A stretch of DNA of 64,000 nt, from the NCBI GenBank assembly GCA_946646575.1, contig CAMPCR010000001.1, positions 14,815 through 78,814 of the forward strand. The letters run 5' to 3'. The first letter of the stretch is position 1; each line of letters starts with the position of its first letter. The DNA comes from an uncultured Verrucomicrobiota bacterium. Its GTDB lineage: Bacteria > Verrucomicrobiota > Verrucomicrobiia > Opitutales > UBA9783. The translations under genes and the position numbers were made by a program. The notes beneath the pieces are model-generated. The model was not told the origin of the DNA and made no database searches. It saw nothing but the letters and a program-made list of their open reading frames with translations. Shown in pieces: positions 54,101-62,110 of the stretch.

Positions 54101-57100
54101 CTGGTTCTGCATTGATTGTTTCCGGGCGGATCCAACGAAGGGAATTTATGCGCAAACGGACGGTTGCCCGCATCATTGGTGGTGCGGTGATTGCAACGGC
54201 GGCAGCGGTCAACGTTACGCCGAAAATAAATCCTGCGAACATCGTTGGGGGTGTTCCAACGATGCAACGGGACACGCTTACAACGAAGCCTGTTCTGTCG
54301 GCAACTGGTACTGCACCGATTGCGAAGGCGGCACGCGTTACGCTTCCGGCACGCAATCTCTCTGTGCCCACACCTGGTATTGCCCCGATTGCCACTACGG
54401 GCATAAGATCGCCGACGGTTGCGCAACGCGTTGGTATTGTCCTCAGTGCGACGACGAAAACAAGGTACATGCGGTTGAAAATGAGATGTATTGCGACCAT
54501 TCGTGGTACTGCATAACGTGCCAAAAAGGGCATTTATTCACGGTACCGTGTCCGAATGGTTATTGGTATTGCAAAGACGAAAACTGTCGGTGTGCCTATA
54601 ATTCGTCGGAACGAACATCCTGCGATCACTCCTGGTATTGTTATGTTGATGAAGAATATCCCGGGTGCAAATTCGGACATTTGAAGACCGAAACCTGCCC
54701 GAATCACTACCGTTGGTGCGGCGAAGACGGTTGCGAATGTGTTTATCCGCCAGATACGCCGTGTGCGCACTGCTGGGAATGCCCGACGTGTCAAATCACG
54801 TATGGCCCGAACGCAATGTGTCCGACCGACAACACCTGGTGTTGCGGATGCCCTGCCGTTGATAGTTCTGAAACAAAGCCTTTCTGCACGGGCTGCAAAC
54901 GATGGGTTTGTTCCGATTGTCCCGCGATCGTTGCGGTTAAAAACGGCACTGATGTCTGTGCGCACAAGTGGTTCTGTGCCGACCATAACCGACTGAACAC
55001 CGCAAATGAAAAATGTGCCGAAGAGGGCTGCGAGTTTTTCGGTTGTGCAACATGCGGAGTGTGGAAGGGGATCACGAAGGGCTGGTTCTGCTGTAGGCAT
55101 TATTGGTTTTGTGAGCTATGTACACCCTATACGCTCCACCCCGCGAACGTTGACGTTTGCCCCGACTGCCGAAACGGATGGTTCTGCCAGATCTGTACGA
55201 GAGTCTACAGGAATTGGGATTATGAACAGGAATCCGACCCCGTCCATTACTGGTTTTGCCGCAAGGATCACGTGAGGAACCCCGTCAATCAACCCTGTCC
55301 GGAATGTAACGGGTGGTTTTGCTCGATCTGTAAAGTAATTTGTTCGAATGAAACCGATTCCAAAGGGCACACACGCCCCGAATCGCTCCAAAATGCCCCG
55401 CTTTTGCATGCCAAAAAGGCATTTTTCAAGGAATCGCCGTTTATTAACGATATTCCGTTGTTGGATGTTTTTAAGGAAAACAACAAGCCGTTCGAAGAAG
55501 TGCATTCATCCAATGACGTGCCCGAAGAGAAAAATCTCATCAATACCGTCGAGCGATCGGTTCATTCGGAAGGAGACGAACCGAAGCAACGGCTTTTACA
55601 TGTGGTGGAAAAGCTCAAACGGAAAAAGCTCAAACGGAAAAAGGAAAAACTGTTCCGCGAGGATTTGAAGAAAGAATACAAACATTCGTTATCGTCTTCC
55701 TCTTCTTCAAAGGGCAAGGATGCCAAACCGCATAAGAAGTTTATTATAAACATGCGCAAAAAGTATTCCAATGACGAAGACCCGAAAGAATTCGATCCAA
55801 AGCATCCGTTGCGCAATACGATCCGTGCCGGAGAACATCCCGAGTTTAAGTACAACGGCTGCAAACATACGCATGCAAAAAATCTGAACATCGATGTTCA
55901 CACAACCGCTTTGAAGAAGACGACCCCGAACGGCTCGAAACGGGAAGGGTACAAACCGATAAACGCTTCGAAGGTCGAATTCAAATTACCGAAGCAATCG
56001 GATTCCGACAAGTACCCGCAGTTGACGCAGTCGCACATCAAATACTCAAAGCAGGAAGATGTGAAGCGGTTATCGTCGGAGAAGAAAGAGGAGAAAAAAG
56101 TACCTCAATCTTCGAAGGGCGAAGGACCGAAATTGGAGTACTGCTTCGATATCGGTAAGCATATGCGCAACATTAATGTCGATCCTTCAGGTTTGAGCGA
56201 CCTCGAGGATAGGGCGAAAAAGATAGAAGAATTGCGGGTCTGCGAACTGAAACGCGAGCTGATCCAAGCTTCAAAGGCGCAGTCGTCAAAGTCCAAAAAG
56301 GACGGCATTTCGATCGTTCCGTCGCTGTCGAAGGTCATTAAAAACAGCGAAAGGAAGAAGGCAGCTCCTTCGTCCGTGCCGTCCGACAACAAGGAGTCGA
56401 AGAAGCAATCGACGTTTAAACCCTCTTCTTCGAGTTCCGATTCGGACGAATCCGAAACGCCGAAAGGAAATGCAAAAGATTCGAAGATATACACCAATAA
56501 GCCGACGGATGATTTGCAAAAAAACGTCTCTAAGAAGACCTGTAGGGAGGACGAAGGGAACGAAACGCCGCCGAATTCGCAGACAAGTTCAGGGTTTAAT
56601 CTTTTGAAATCTCCGGAAAACCAACATGCCGCTCCGAACGCTTCCGCCTCGAAACAGAACCTGACCGGATTCCCGTCATCACAAACCGAACCGCAACAGA
56701 TTGGTTTCAAGACGATTGAAGGACCGAAGGAACCGTCGAAATCTCTGAAGTCGGACGAGGAGACACCGAAAGGCGATACGCCGAACGGTGAGATGCCCAA
56801 GGGTGAAACGCCGAAGTCGAACGCGAAGAACAACAAATCCGACGGCAATTTCTCTTTGGATGAGGAAAAGAAGTTGTCTCACTCGAAATCTTCGAAAAAA
56901 TCTTCGAAGAAGTCCGTAAAGACGTATTCGCGCGACAATCACTCCGAAAAGCATTCGGATAACGGATATTATTCATTGTCCGATAAGGAAAATAATAAAG
57001 AAGGTTCATCCTCGGAAGATGCCGTCTCGTCTCACTCGAAGCGTTCCTCGAAAAAGTCCGTGAAAAACGATGGTATTTTCGACAAATCCCTCGCCGAAAG

Positions 57101-57200
57101 CATCATCGTTAACAACAAACCTTCAGACGAGGAAAAACAGAAAAACCCGGACGAAGAGAGCGACGAAAGCAAAGAAGATTCGGAAACGCCCGGAAAGTAG
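51135..57200 (+). CDS. giant secreted Cys/His/Trp-rich tandem mini-repeat protein with Lys/Ser/Glu-rich tail (uncharacterised)
   Basis: ORF 51096-57200 starts at TTG. The ATG at 51135 (AAAGG 7 nt upstream) gives the Sec signal MSPIRMLKLFSAAAVVGFSATNAQA. About 65 units of the form W-[YFWA]-C-x2-C-x3-[HY]-x5-C-x-[HN] follow (51210-55343). A low-complexity tail occupies 55344-57197. The reading frame is uninterrupted for 2021 codons. Confidence 0.85.
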   Translation: MSPIRMLKLFSAAAVVGFSATNAQAWFCPKCNVKHEEAICPNANTTDQFGIWQPTWWCDACNSIHFPKQWWWDGEQLLVTCKNGCWPCQTCNAVHSAEDTFTPNAWCCPICRTKHTGGQSYCEQTQGNNTKEVWYCPSCNKPHGTYEPCESAWFCDECKKGHLIGETCPNGRWYCSICQKAYAENDKCEHSWNCPTVGGCGKTHRFNEICPKGNMYCLSCRKVLLKDGSCDHYWACSACNKHHAMNETCPNNYWYCTECKEAKQADEECEHAWYCSVCHGSYAIGQPCACGKFYCRAEDKRLAIGENCPHYWWCATEEKHHAADFVCTATDPHRWYCLTCQTAVDVGKACNDFWYCTACAQRHALNDVCPNGRFYCSSCNGVLEKTQHCGHYWACPICETHHTMNDVCPNNYWFCATCQQAYATDGHCEHGWHCETCKRIYALDACCEHSWYCPGDESKHPRSDTNVDGYCVCGTCNKILAPNETCEHYWACATHNTHHAADAVCPESNLWYCETCKTTYALDACCDHSWYCPGDQQKHPRSDTDVAGYCVCETCKRILAPNENCPHYWYCTTESKHHAADVVCTATNPHRWYCPNEACRKAYDVGKACAHSWYCTACAQRHALDEECQNGWRYCTNCEKILEREENCGHYWWCATCTTHHAVGSDCPQDHSWYCSDCPGVYAATASCEHRWYCSDHLTHHTTQTDPHCEYGWYCPKCNERHTFTEACAEGYWYCKEDGCRCAYNSLNQTSCTHSWYCYVDNDHAGHRYSHLKTATCSDKYRWCGEDGCDRVYAPEQHCAHKWWCTTHTDWHAYDATCNGNWFCENCLTVQDADTACSHYWYCPGCTNKHTTSTANCPSSGYGYCATDTARLAPNENCAHFWYCTTENKHHAADDICTATDPHRWYCPNEACRTAYDVGKACAHSWYCDGCKTKHALDETCPNGYMYCSNQGCKKVLSPTESCVHYWACPECEKTHHAAVESDPCPQHYWFCIDCFRADPTKGIYAQTDGCPHHWWCGDCNGGSGQRYAENKSCEHRWGCSNDATGHAYNEACSVGNWYCTDCEGGTRYASGTQSLCAHTWYCPDCHYGHKIADGCATRWYCPQCDDENKVHAVENEMYCDHSWYCITCQKGHLFTVPCPNGYWYCKDENCRCAYNSSERTSCDHSWYCYVDEEYPGCKFGHLKTETCPNHYRWCGEDGCECVYPPDTPCAHCWECPTCQITYGPNAMCPTDNTWCCGCPAVDSSETKPFCTGCKRWVCSDCPAIVAVKNGTDVCAHKWFCADHNRLNTANEKCAEEGCEFFGCATCGVWKGITKGWFCCRHYWFCELCTPYTLHPANVDVCPDCRNGWFCQICTRVYRNWDYEQESDPVHYWFCRKDHVRNPVNQPCPECNGWFCSICKVICSNETDSKGHTRPESLQNAPLLHAKKAFFKESPFINDIPLLDVFKENNKPFEEVHSSNDVPEEKNLINTVERSVHSEGDEPKQRLLHVVEKLKRKKLKRKKEKLFREDLKKEYKHSLSSSSSSKGKDAKPHKKFIINMRKKYSNDEDPKEFDPKHPLRNTIRAGEHPEFKYNGCKHTHAKNLNIDVHTTALKKTTPNGSKREGYKPINASKVEFKLPKQSDSDKYPQLTQSHIKYSKQEDVKRLSSEKKEEKKVPQSSKGEGPKLEYCFDIGKHMRNINVDPSGLSDLEDRAKKIEELRVCELKRELIQASKAQSSKSKKDGISIVPSLSKVIKNSERKKAAPSSVPSDNKESKKQSTFKPSSSSSDSDESETPKGNAKDSKIYTNKPTDDLQKNVSKKTCREDEGNETPPNSQTSSGFNLLKSPENQHAAPNASASKQNLTGFPSSQTEPQQIGFKTIEGPKEPSKSLKSDEETPKGDTPNGEMPKGETPKSNAKNNKSDGNFSLDEEKKLSHSKSSKKSSKKSVKTYSRDNHSEKHSDNGYYSLSDKENNKEGSSSEDAVSSHSKRSSKKSVKNDGIFDKSLAESIIVNNKPSDEEKQKNPDEESDESKEDSETPGK

Positions 57201-57227
57201 GATGCCGCTTATCAAAGCAAACCGCGG

Positions 57228-57256
57228 CGGACGATCATGAAGGTCGTCCGTTTGTT
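57228..57256 (+). terminator. rho-independent terminator after the giant gene (likely bidirectional)
   Basis: CGGACGA (57228-57234) pairs with TCGTCCG (57244-57250), with a 9-nt loop, followed by TTTGTT. It lies between the convergent giant gene and the pseudopilin gene. Confidence 0.6.
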
Positions 57257-57373
57257 GGGAGGGCGAAAATGTCAAACGCAGTTGTCGCCCGGAGACAAAC
57301 TTGCGACTGTCGGGATCCTTGTCGAAAGAATTCGCGAATTTTTTGATGATGTGCGGGAAGACGGCGCCCCGCT

Positions 57374-58009
57374 TCAGAAATTTTTTTCTGACTCAGTTGT
57401 ACCATAGAGATACGCCGCCGCACCCGTATGCTCCGACAAAAACCGCACACTCCCGTCTCTGAAAGCGACTAGTCCGCCCTTTGTGCCGTAAAGAGCATCC
57501 TCTCCGGTCCATTTCCCCTCTTTCTGTAACCCGCGTGTGCAAAATAAAACGTCACGACCCGTCGGGTCGTTGTTCGGTTTTACGGCGATAAAATCAAAAT
57601 CCGCATTTTTCAGTTTTTTATTCGCCTCTCCGTTGACGAGAATATCCATAGTGCTTCTACCGTGTCTTTTCAACGACTGATACGAAGCAACGTTATTCGG
57701 ACCACCGGCTTTTGCCAATGCAACCGCAAAGCTCTTCATATCCGTTACACCCGATAAATCCACATCTCTTTCGACAGTGTTATAATCCGCTACCAGAGTC
57801 GCCAAGGATATCTTATCGATGAACTTGTAGCAAAAATCAAAAAGTCTTTGTCCTCTATTAAAAGCAACGATGGTGAGTACGCTTATAATCGCAACTGCCA
57901 GAATCAGTTCCATCAGGGCAAACCCCGCCGTGCGATTTTTGTTACGATGTACTGCGCTGCCGTCCGAATACCGCACCATATTCGTTCCCATTCCGATATT
58001 GTACGACAT
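57374..58009 (-). CDS. prepilin-type N-terminal cleavage/methylation domain protein (pseudopilin-like)
   Basis: 211 aa. The leader ends ...NKNRTAG|FALMELILAVAIISVLTIVAF (Gly-Phe cleavage context, Glu at +5). The C-terminal FRDGSVRFLS resembles the DG-containing tail common in PVC-type pseudopilins. Alternative ATG starts are at 57991 and 57979. Confidence 0.75.
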   Translation of the reverse strand: MSYNIGMGTNMVRYSDGSAVHRNKNRTAGFALMELILAVAIISVLTIVAFNRGQRLFDFCYKFIDKISLATLVADYNTVERDVDLSGVTDMKSFAVALAKAGGPNNVASYQSLKRHGRSTMDILVNGEANKKLKNADFDFIAVKPNNDPTGRDVLFCTRGLQKEGKWTGEDALYGTKGGLVAFRDGSVRFLSEHTGAAAYLYGTTESEKNF

Positions 58010-58110
58010 AATGTCAATTTTTTAAGAAAGAAATACCCTCAGAAGTTTTGAGGTCGGAAAAGTTTTTTTGTTTTCACCTTCCGCCTCCGCAAAGCACCGC
58101 GCGCTGTCTG

Positions 58111-61100
58111 TTACGAATACGCCCGCTCAAAGCGTTTCTTCGGGAACGGCGTCATTTCGACGGGTGTAACCTCCAATCCCGCAAACGCCGAATGAGCGCG
58201 CAGGGAAGAAATATCCTCCAAGGTCAGCGTCGTACGCGCACCGTACGGCAGTTCGCCTTCGAGAGCGTAATCGTCGTTGAGTATAAAGCTGACCTTTTGT
58301 TGCATTGAACCCTCGCGTTTTTCAATCAATCCGCGCAGTTGTTTAAAAAAATCCGTCGCCGCTTCGTTCGGATGCACCAGCCAATGGAGTTGTTTGATGA
58401 GCATTGGGAATTCTTTGCGAAAATCGCGCACCCGCATCACATTCAGAGAGAAATCGTTTTCTTTCTTTCGAACGGTACCCTCAATCAATAATACCGCGCC
58501 TTCCGTGACGCACGCACCGTAGGTTTCGTAAGGTTCCGCAAACAGCGTCAGTTCGTAACGTTGATCTTTCGCGGAAAGCGTGAACAACAGCCACGGGCGG
58601 TTGGTCTTCTTTGAAATGCGCTTCGAAACGCTCTCGACCGCACCGCACAAACGAAATTCCTCGTTATTTGGCACCAACGGCAATTCTTCGGGCTGAAAGG
58701 TCTGAAAAAAACGTTCCAGTCCGTGAAGTTCGTCCAACGGATGCCCGGAAAGATAAAACCCGAGCAGTTCATGCTCGTGTTGAAGCTTTTCGAACAGCGG
58801 CATATCGGCATTCGAAGAGGAACTTTCGCCGTTTCCCGCATCCGACGACGTGTTTTTTGGTTCGTCCGAAGCTGTCTTTTGTTCAGAACCCGTTCCGAAC
58901 AGATCATCAAAATCGAACAGCGAACTTTGACCGACGGCGGCGTCTTTCTGCGCCAATGCGGCGGATTTCATCAACCGTTCGAGGTTATCGAGCAGATAAC
59001 GGCGGTTTTCGCCCAATCCGTCAAAGGCACCGACTTTGATGAGGGCTTCCAGAACGCGACGATTGTTGGCTCTCAAATCCACGCGTTGCGCGAAATTGAG
59101 AAACGACTTAAACGCGCCGTTGCGTCGCCGCTCCGCCAAAATGTCCGCCGCCGCCACGTCTCCGACGCTTTTAATTGCCGCCAGCCCGAACCGAATGCAA
59201 CGTTTGCCGGCGATCGGCGCAAAGGACGACAGGGATTCATTGATGTCGGGACCCGAAATTTCAATCCCGAGCCGCGAACGGCAGGCTTCAATGTAAAAGG
59301 ATAATTTGTCGGCGTTCCCAAGCAGCGACGACAGCAATGCCGCCATGAACTGCGTCGGGTAATGTGCCTTCATGTACGCCGTGCGATAGATGATAATCGC
59401 GTAGGCGTCCGAATGGGATTTGTTGAAACCGTAGCCGGCAAATTTCGCAAGAACGTCGAAAATTTCGTTCGCTTTACCTTCAGAAATGCCGTTTTTCTCC
59501 CACGCGCCCTTGACAAACACCGCGCGCTGGGCGTTCATCACATCGACCTTCTTTTTGCCCATGGCGCGACGCAGGATATCGGCTTCGCCCAACGAATAGC
59601 CGGCAATGACGCGCGCCGCCTGCATCACCTGCTCCTGAAACACCAAAATCCCGTAGGTGCCGCGACAAACGGGTTCCAACAACGGATGGATGAAGCGAAT
59701 TTGATCGGGATGCTTTTTGCCGTTGATGTACTCGGGAATCCATTCCATCGGTCCGGGGCGATTGAGCGCGCTGAGGGCGGAAATTTCGTCAATCGAGTGA
59801 AATTCGAACTGTCGGCAAATTTTTTGGATATAATCCGATTCCAGCTGAAATACGCCGATCGTTTCGCCGCGATTGAGCATTTGGAAAGTTTCTTCGTCCT
59901 CAAAGGAAATTTTGTTAATATCAAAATCCTTATCGACCTGCTCGCGCACCATCTGTTGCGCATCGCCGAGGATGGTCAGCGTTGTCAGACCCAAAAAGTC
60001 CATCTTCAACAGTCCCAATTCCTCCACGTAGTCCTTGGTAAATTGGGTTGTCAGCGCACCGTCCTGCAAGGTCGTCGGAACGAATTCCGCAATCGGGCGG
60101 TCGCTGATAATCATCCCGCAGGCGTGCGTTCCCGAATTGCGCGCAATGCCTTCCAGCACCAAGCCTTCGCGGACGATTTTTTCCGCCGTCGGATCCGTTT
60201 CCGTTGCCTGTTTCAGCTCCGACGAACGTTGCAGGGCATCCTCGAGGGTAATTTTCAGGTCGTCGGGCACCATTTTCGCCAAACGATCGCCGTCGGCGAA
60301 GGATAAATCGTAGACGCGCGCCAAATCACGCACGACCATTTTCGCCCCGAGCGTTCCGAAAGTAATAATGTTGCCGACGCTTTCTTCGCCATACGTTTGG
60401 CGCACGTAACGAATAACCTCATCGCGCCGCCGCATGCAGAAATCGATATCGATATCGGGCGGCGAAACGCGATCGGGATTGAGAAAGCGCTCAAAAAGAA
60501 GGTGAAAGCGAATGGGATCCGTGTCGGTAATATGGAGAACATACGCCACCAGCGAACCCGCCGCCGAACCGCGCCCCGGACCGACCGAGATGCCTTGTTC
60601 TTTTGCCCAGTGAATGAAATCCCAGACGATAAGAAAGTAATCAACGAAGCCCGTTTTTTCGATAACGCTCCATTCGAACTTCAGACGTTCGACCATCTCT
60701 TTCGCCGATAAACCGAATGCATCGGGACCGGATTGGGTCTCAAAATCAATCCCGTAACGTTCCTTTAAGCCCTCTTTGCATAAACCCTGAAACAGCTCGC
60801 GGTTGGTCGGATAATGCCGTTGCAACGTCTCCGGCAGGTGCGTCATGCGGAATACGGGATAGTGATTTTCGCCGAACGGCAGTGTGACGTTGCAACGCTC
60901 CGCCAGAAGGAGCGTATTCTCTAACAACTCGGGGTTGCTCGGGAACGCCTGCGCCATTTCTTCGGCGGATTTTAAATAAAACTGCCGCGTCGGCATACGC
61001 ATGCGCTCTTCGTCTTTGACCTTCGACGCCGTTTGAATGCACAGCAACGCATCCTGCGCTTCCCAATCTTCCGCGCGAATGTAATGTACATCGTTGGTGG

Positions 61101-61725
61101 CGATACCGCGCACACCCAATTCGCTTGCCAATTTCAACAGTTGCGGATTGAGATCGACCTGCTCCGGCATGCCCTGGTCTTGGAGCTCAACGTAAAAATC
61201 TTCTTTGCCGAAAATTTCCAAAAAAACCTCCAACGCCCGTTTGGCTTTGTCATACTCGCCACGCATCAAAAACTGCGGCACGACGCCGTTGATGCATCCC
61301 GACGAACACATCAGACCTTCATGGTACTTCCGCAGCTGCTCCAAATCCGTTCGCGGTTTATAGTAAAATCCGTGCACGTGTGCATCCGAAACCAACTGCA
61401 TCAGGTTACGGAAGCCGTCCAAATCTTTCGCCCACAAACAGGCGTGTGCCAACTTGAGCCCTTCGACCCCCTGCCGACGTTCCTTCTCTAAACGCGTGCC
61501 TTCGTATAAAAGGTAAATTTCGCATCCCAAAATCGGACGAATGCCGGCTTTCTTGGCTAATTTATAAAACAGCGGAATGCCGAACAAATTCCCGTGATCC
61601 GTCAATGCCAGCGCGGGCATTTGCAGTTCCGCCGCGCGCGCCACAAGCTTCTCCATCTTGCAGGCACCGTCGAGCAAACTGTACTCGGAGTGTACGTGCA
61701 GGTGGACGAAGGAAGGTTGCGACAC
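58111..61725 (-). CDS. dnaE: DNA polymerase III subunit alpha
   Basis: 1204 aa with a GTG start. PHP domain [16 protein letters not shown]...[11 protein letters not shown], followed by polymerase core and OB-fold regions of full DnaE length. Confidence 0.96.
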   Translation of the reverse strand: MSQPSFVHLHVHSEYSLLDGACKMEKLVARAAELQMPALALTDHGNLFGIPLFYKLAKKAGIRPILGCEIYLLYEGTRLEKERRQGVEGLKLAHACLWAKDLDGFRNLMQLVSDAHVHGFYYKPRTDLEQLRKYHEGLMCSSGCINGVVPQFLMRGEYDKAKRALEVFLEIFGKEDFYVELQDQGMPEQVDLNPQLLKLASELGVRGIATNDVHYIRAEDWEAQDALLCIQTASKVKDEERMRMPTRQFYLKSAEEMAQAFPSNPELLENTLLLAERCNVTLPFGENHYPVFRMTHLPETLQRHYPTNRELFQGLCKEGLKERYGIDFETQSGPDAFGLSAKEMVERLKFEWSVIEKTGFVDYFLIVWDFIHWAKEQGISVGPGRGSAAGSLVAYVLHITDTDPIRFHLLFERFLNPDRVSPPDIDIDFCMRRRDEVIRYVRQTYGEESVGNIITFGTLGAKMVVRDLARVYDLSFADGDRLAKMVPDDLKITLEDALQRSSELKQATETDPTAEKIVREGLVLEGIARNSGTHACGMIISDRPIAEFVPTTLQDGALTTQFTKDYVEELGLLKMDFLGLTTLTILGDAQQMVREQVDKDFDINKISFEDEETFQMLNRGETIGVFQLESDYIQKICRQFEFHSIDEISALSALNRPGPMEWIPEYINGKKHPDQIRFIHPLLEPVCRGTYGILVFQEQVMQAARVIAGYSLGEADILRRAMGKKKVDVMNAQRAVFVKGAWEKNGISEGKANEIFDVLAKFAGYGFNKSHSDAYAIIIYRTAYMKAHYPTQFMAALLSSLLGNADKLSFYIEACRSRLGIEISGPDINESLSSFAPIAGKRCIRFGLAAIKSVGDVAAADILAERRRNGAFKSFLNFAQRVDLRANNRRVLEALIKVGAFDGLGENRRYLLDNLERLMKSAALAQKDAAVGQSSLFDFDDLFGTGSEQKTASDEPKNTSSDAGNGESSSSNADMPLFEKLQHEHELLGFYLSGHPLDELHGLERFFQTFQPEELPLVPNNEEFRLCGAVESVSKRISKKTNRPWLLFTLSAKDQRYELTLFAEPYETYGACVTEGAVLLIEGTVRKKENDFSLNVMRVRDFRKEFPMLIKQLHWLVHPNEAATDFFKQLRGLIEKREGSMQQKVSFILNDDYALEGELPYGARTTLTLEDISSLRAHSAFAGLEVTPVEMTPFPKKRFERAYS

Positions 61726-62050
61726 ACCGTTATTGTGGCGATGTCGGAAGAGGGGTCAAAAGTAAAGTCAGAGCATCGGAGACGGAAAGACGGGGAAACG
61801 TCGATGAAAGGAAATAGGATTGAGCGAATTCAAAACGGAAATCGCAACGGAACCGCGACGGTATTCCGCCCGCATTCGAAACGGGTAAATAAGTGCTCTC
61901 AAAAGACAAATGTATCGATACCGTTCAAGTTGTACTCCGTATTCCGAAGAGAATTTCCGAAGCGGTACACGCATGTACCGGAACACCCGATGCGAATGTC
62001 TGTTTTCCGCTCCGAAACAAACATACGGATGACAAAACGTTCCCCGCTTA

Positions 62051-62088
62051 AAAACAAAAACGGGCACCATTCGATGCCCGTTTTTTTT
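62051..62088. terminator. bidirectional rho-independent terminator downstream of OMP paralog 2
   Basis: CGGGCA (62061-62066) pairs with TGCCCG (62075-62080), flanked by T8 (62081-62088) on the plus strand and by TTTTTGTTTT on the minus strand (reverse complement of 62051-62060). Confidence 0.65.
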
Positions 62089-62110
62089 GCAATCCCCGTA
62101 ACGGGATACT

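Noticed and set aside
51165-55100. Many minus-strand ORFs antisense to the giant gene (e.g. 51751-53256, 501 aa; 51843-52631; 53692-54426).
   Set aside because: They are Arg/Ser/Thr/Asn-rich and repetitive only because they mirror the sense-strand repeats. The sense frame is open for 2021 codons with a signal peptide and a coherent motif grammar.
51210-55343. Hypothesis that the Cys-rich giant protein is a multihaem c-type cytochrome.
   Set aside because: The haem-attachment motif CxxCH is seen only sporadically (e.g. CSVCHG, CPDCHY). In nearly all units the His is 3 residues after the second Cys (CxxCxxxH), which does not fit haem c attachment.
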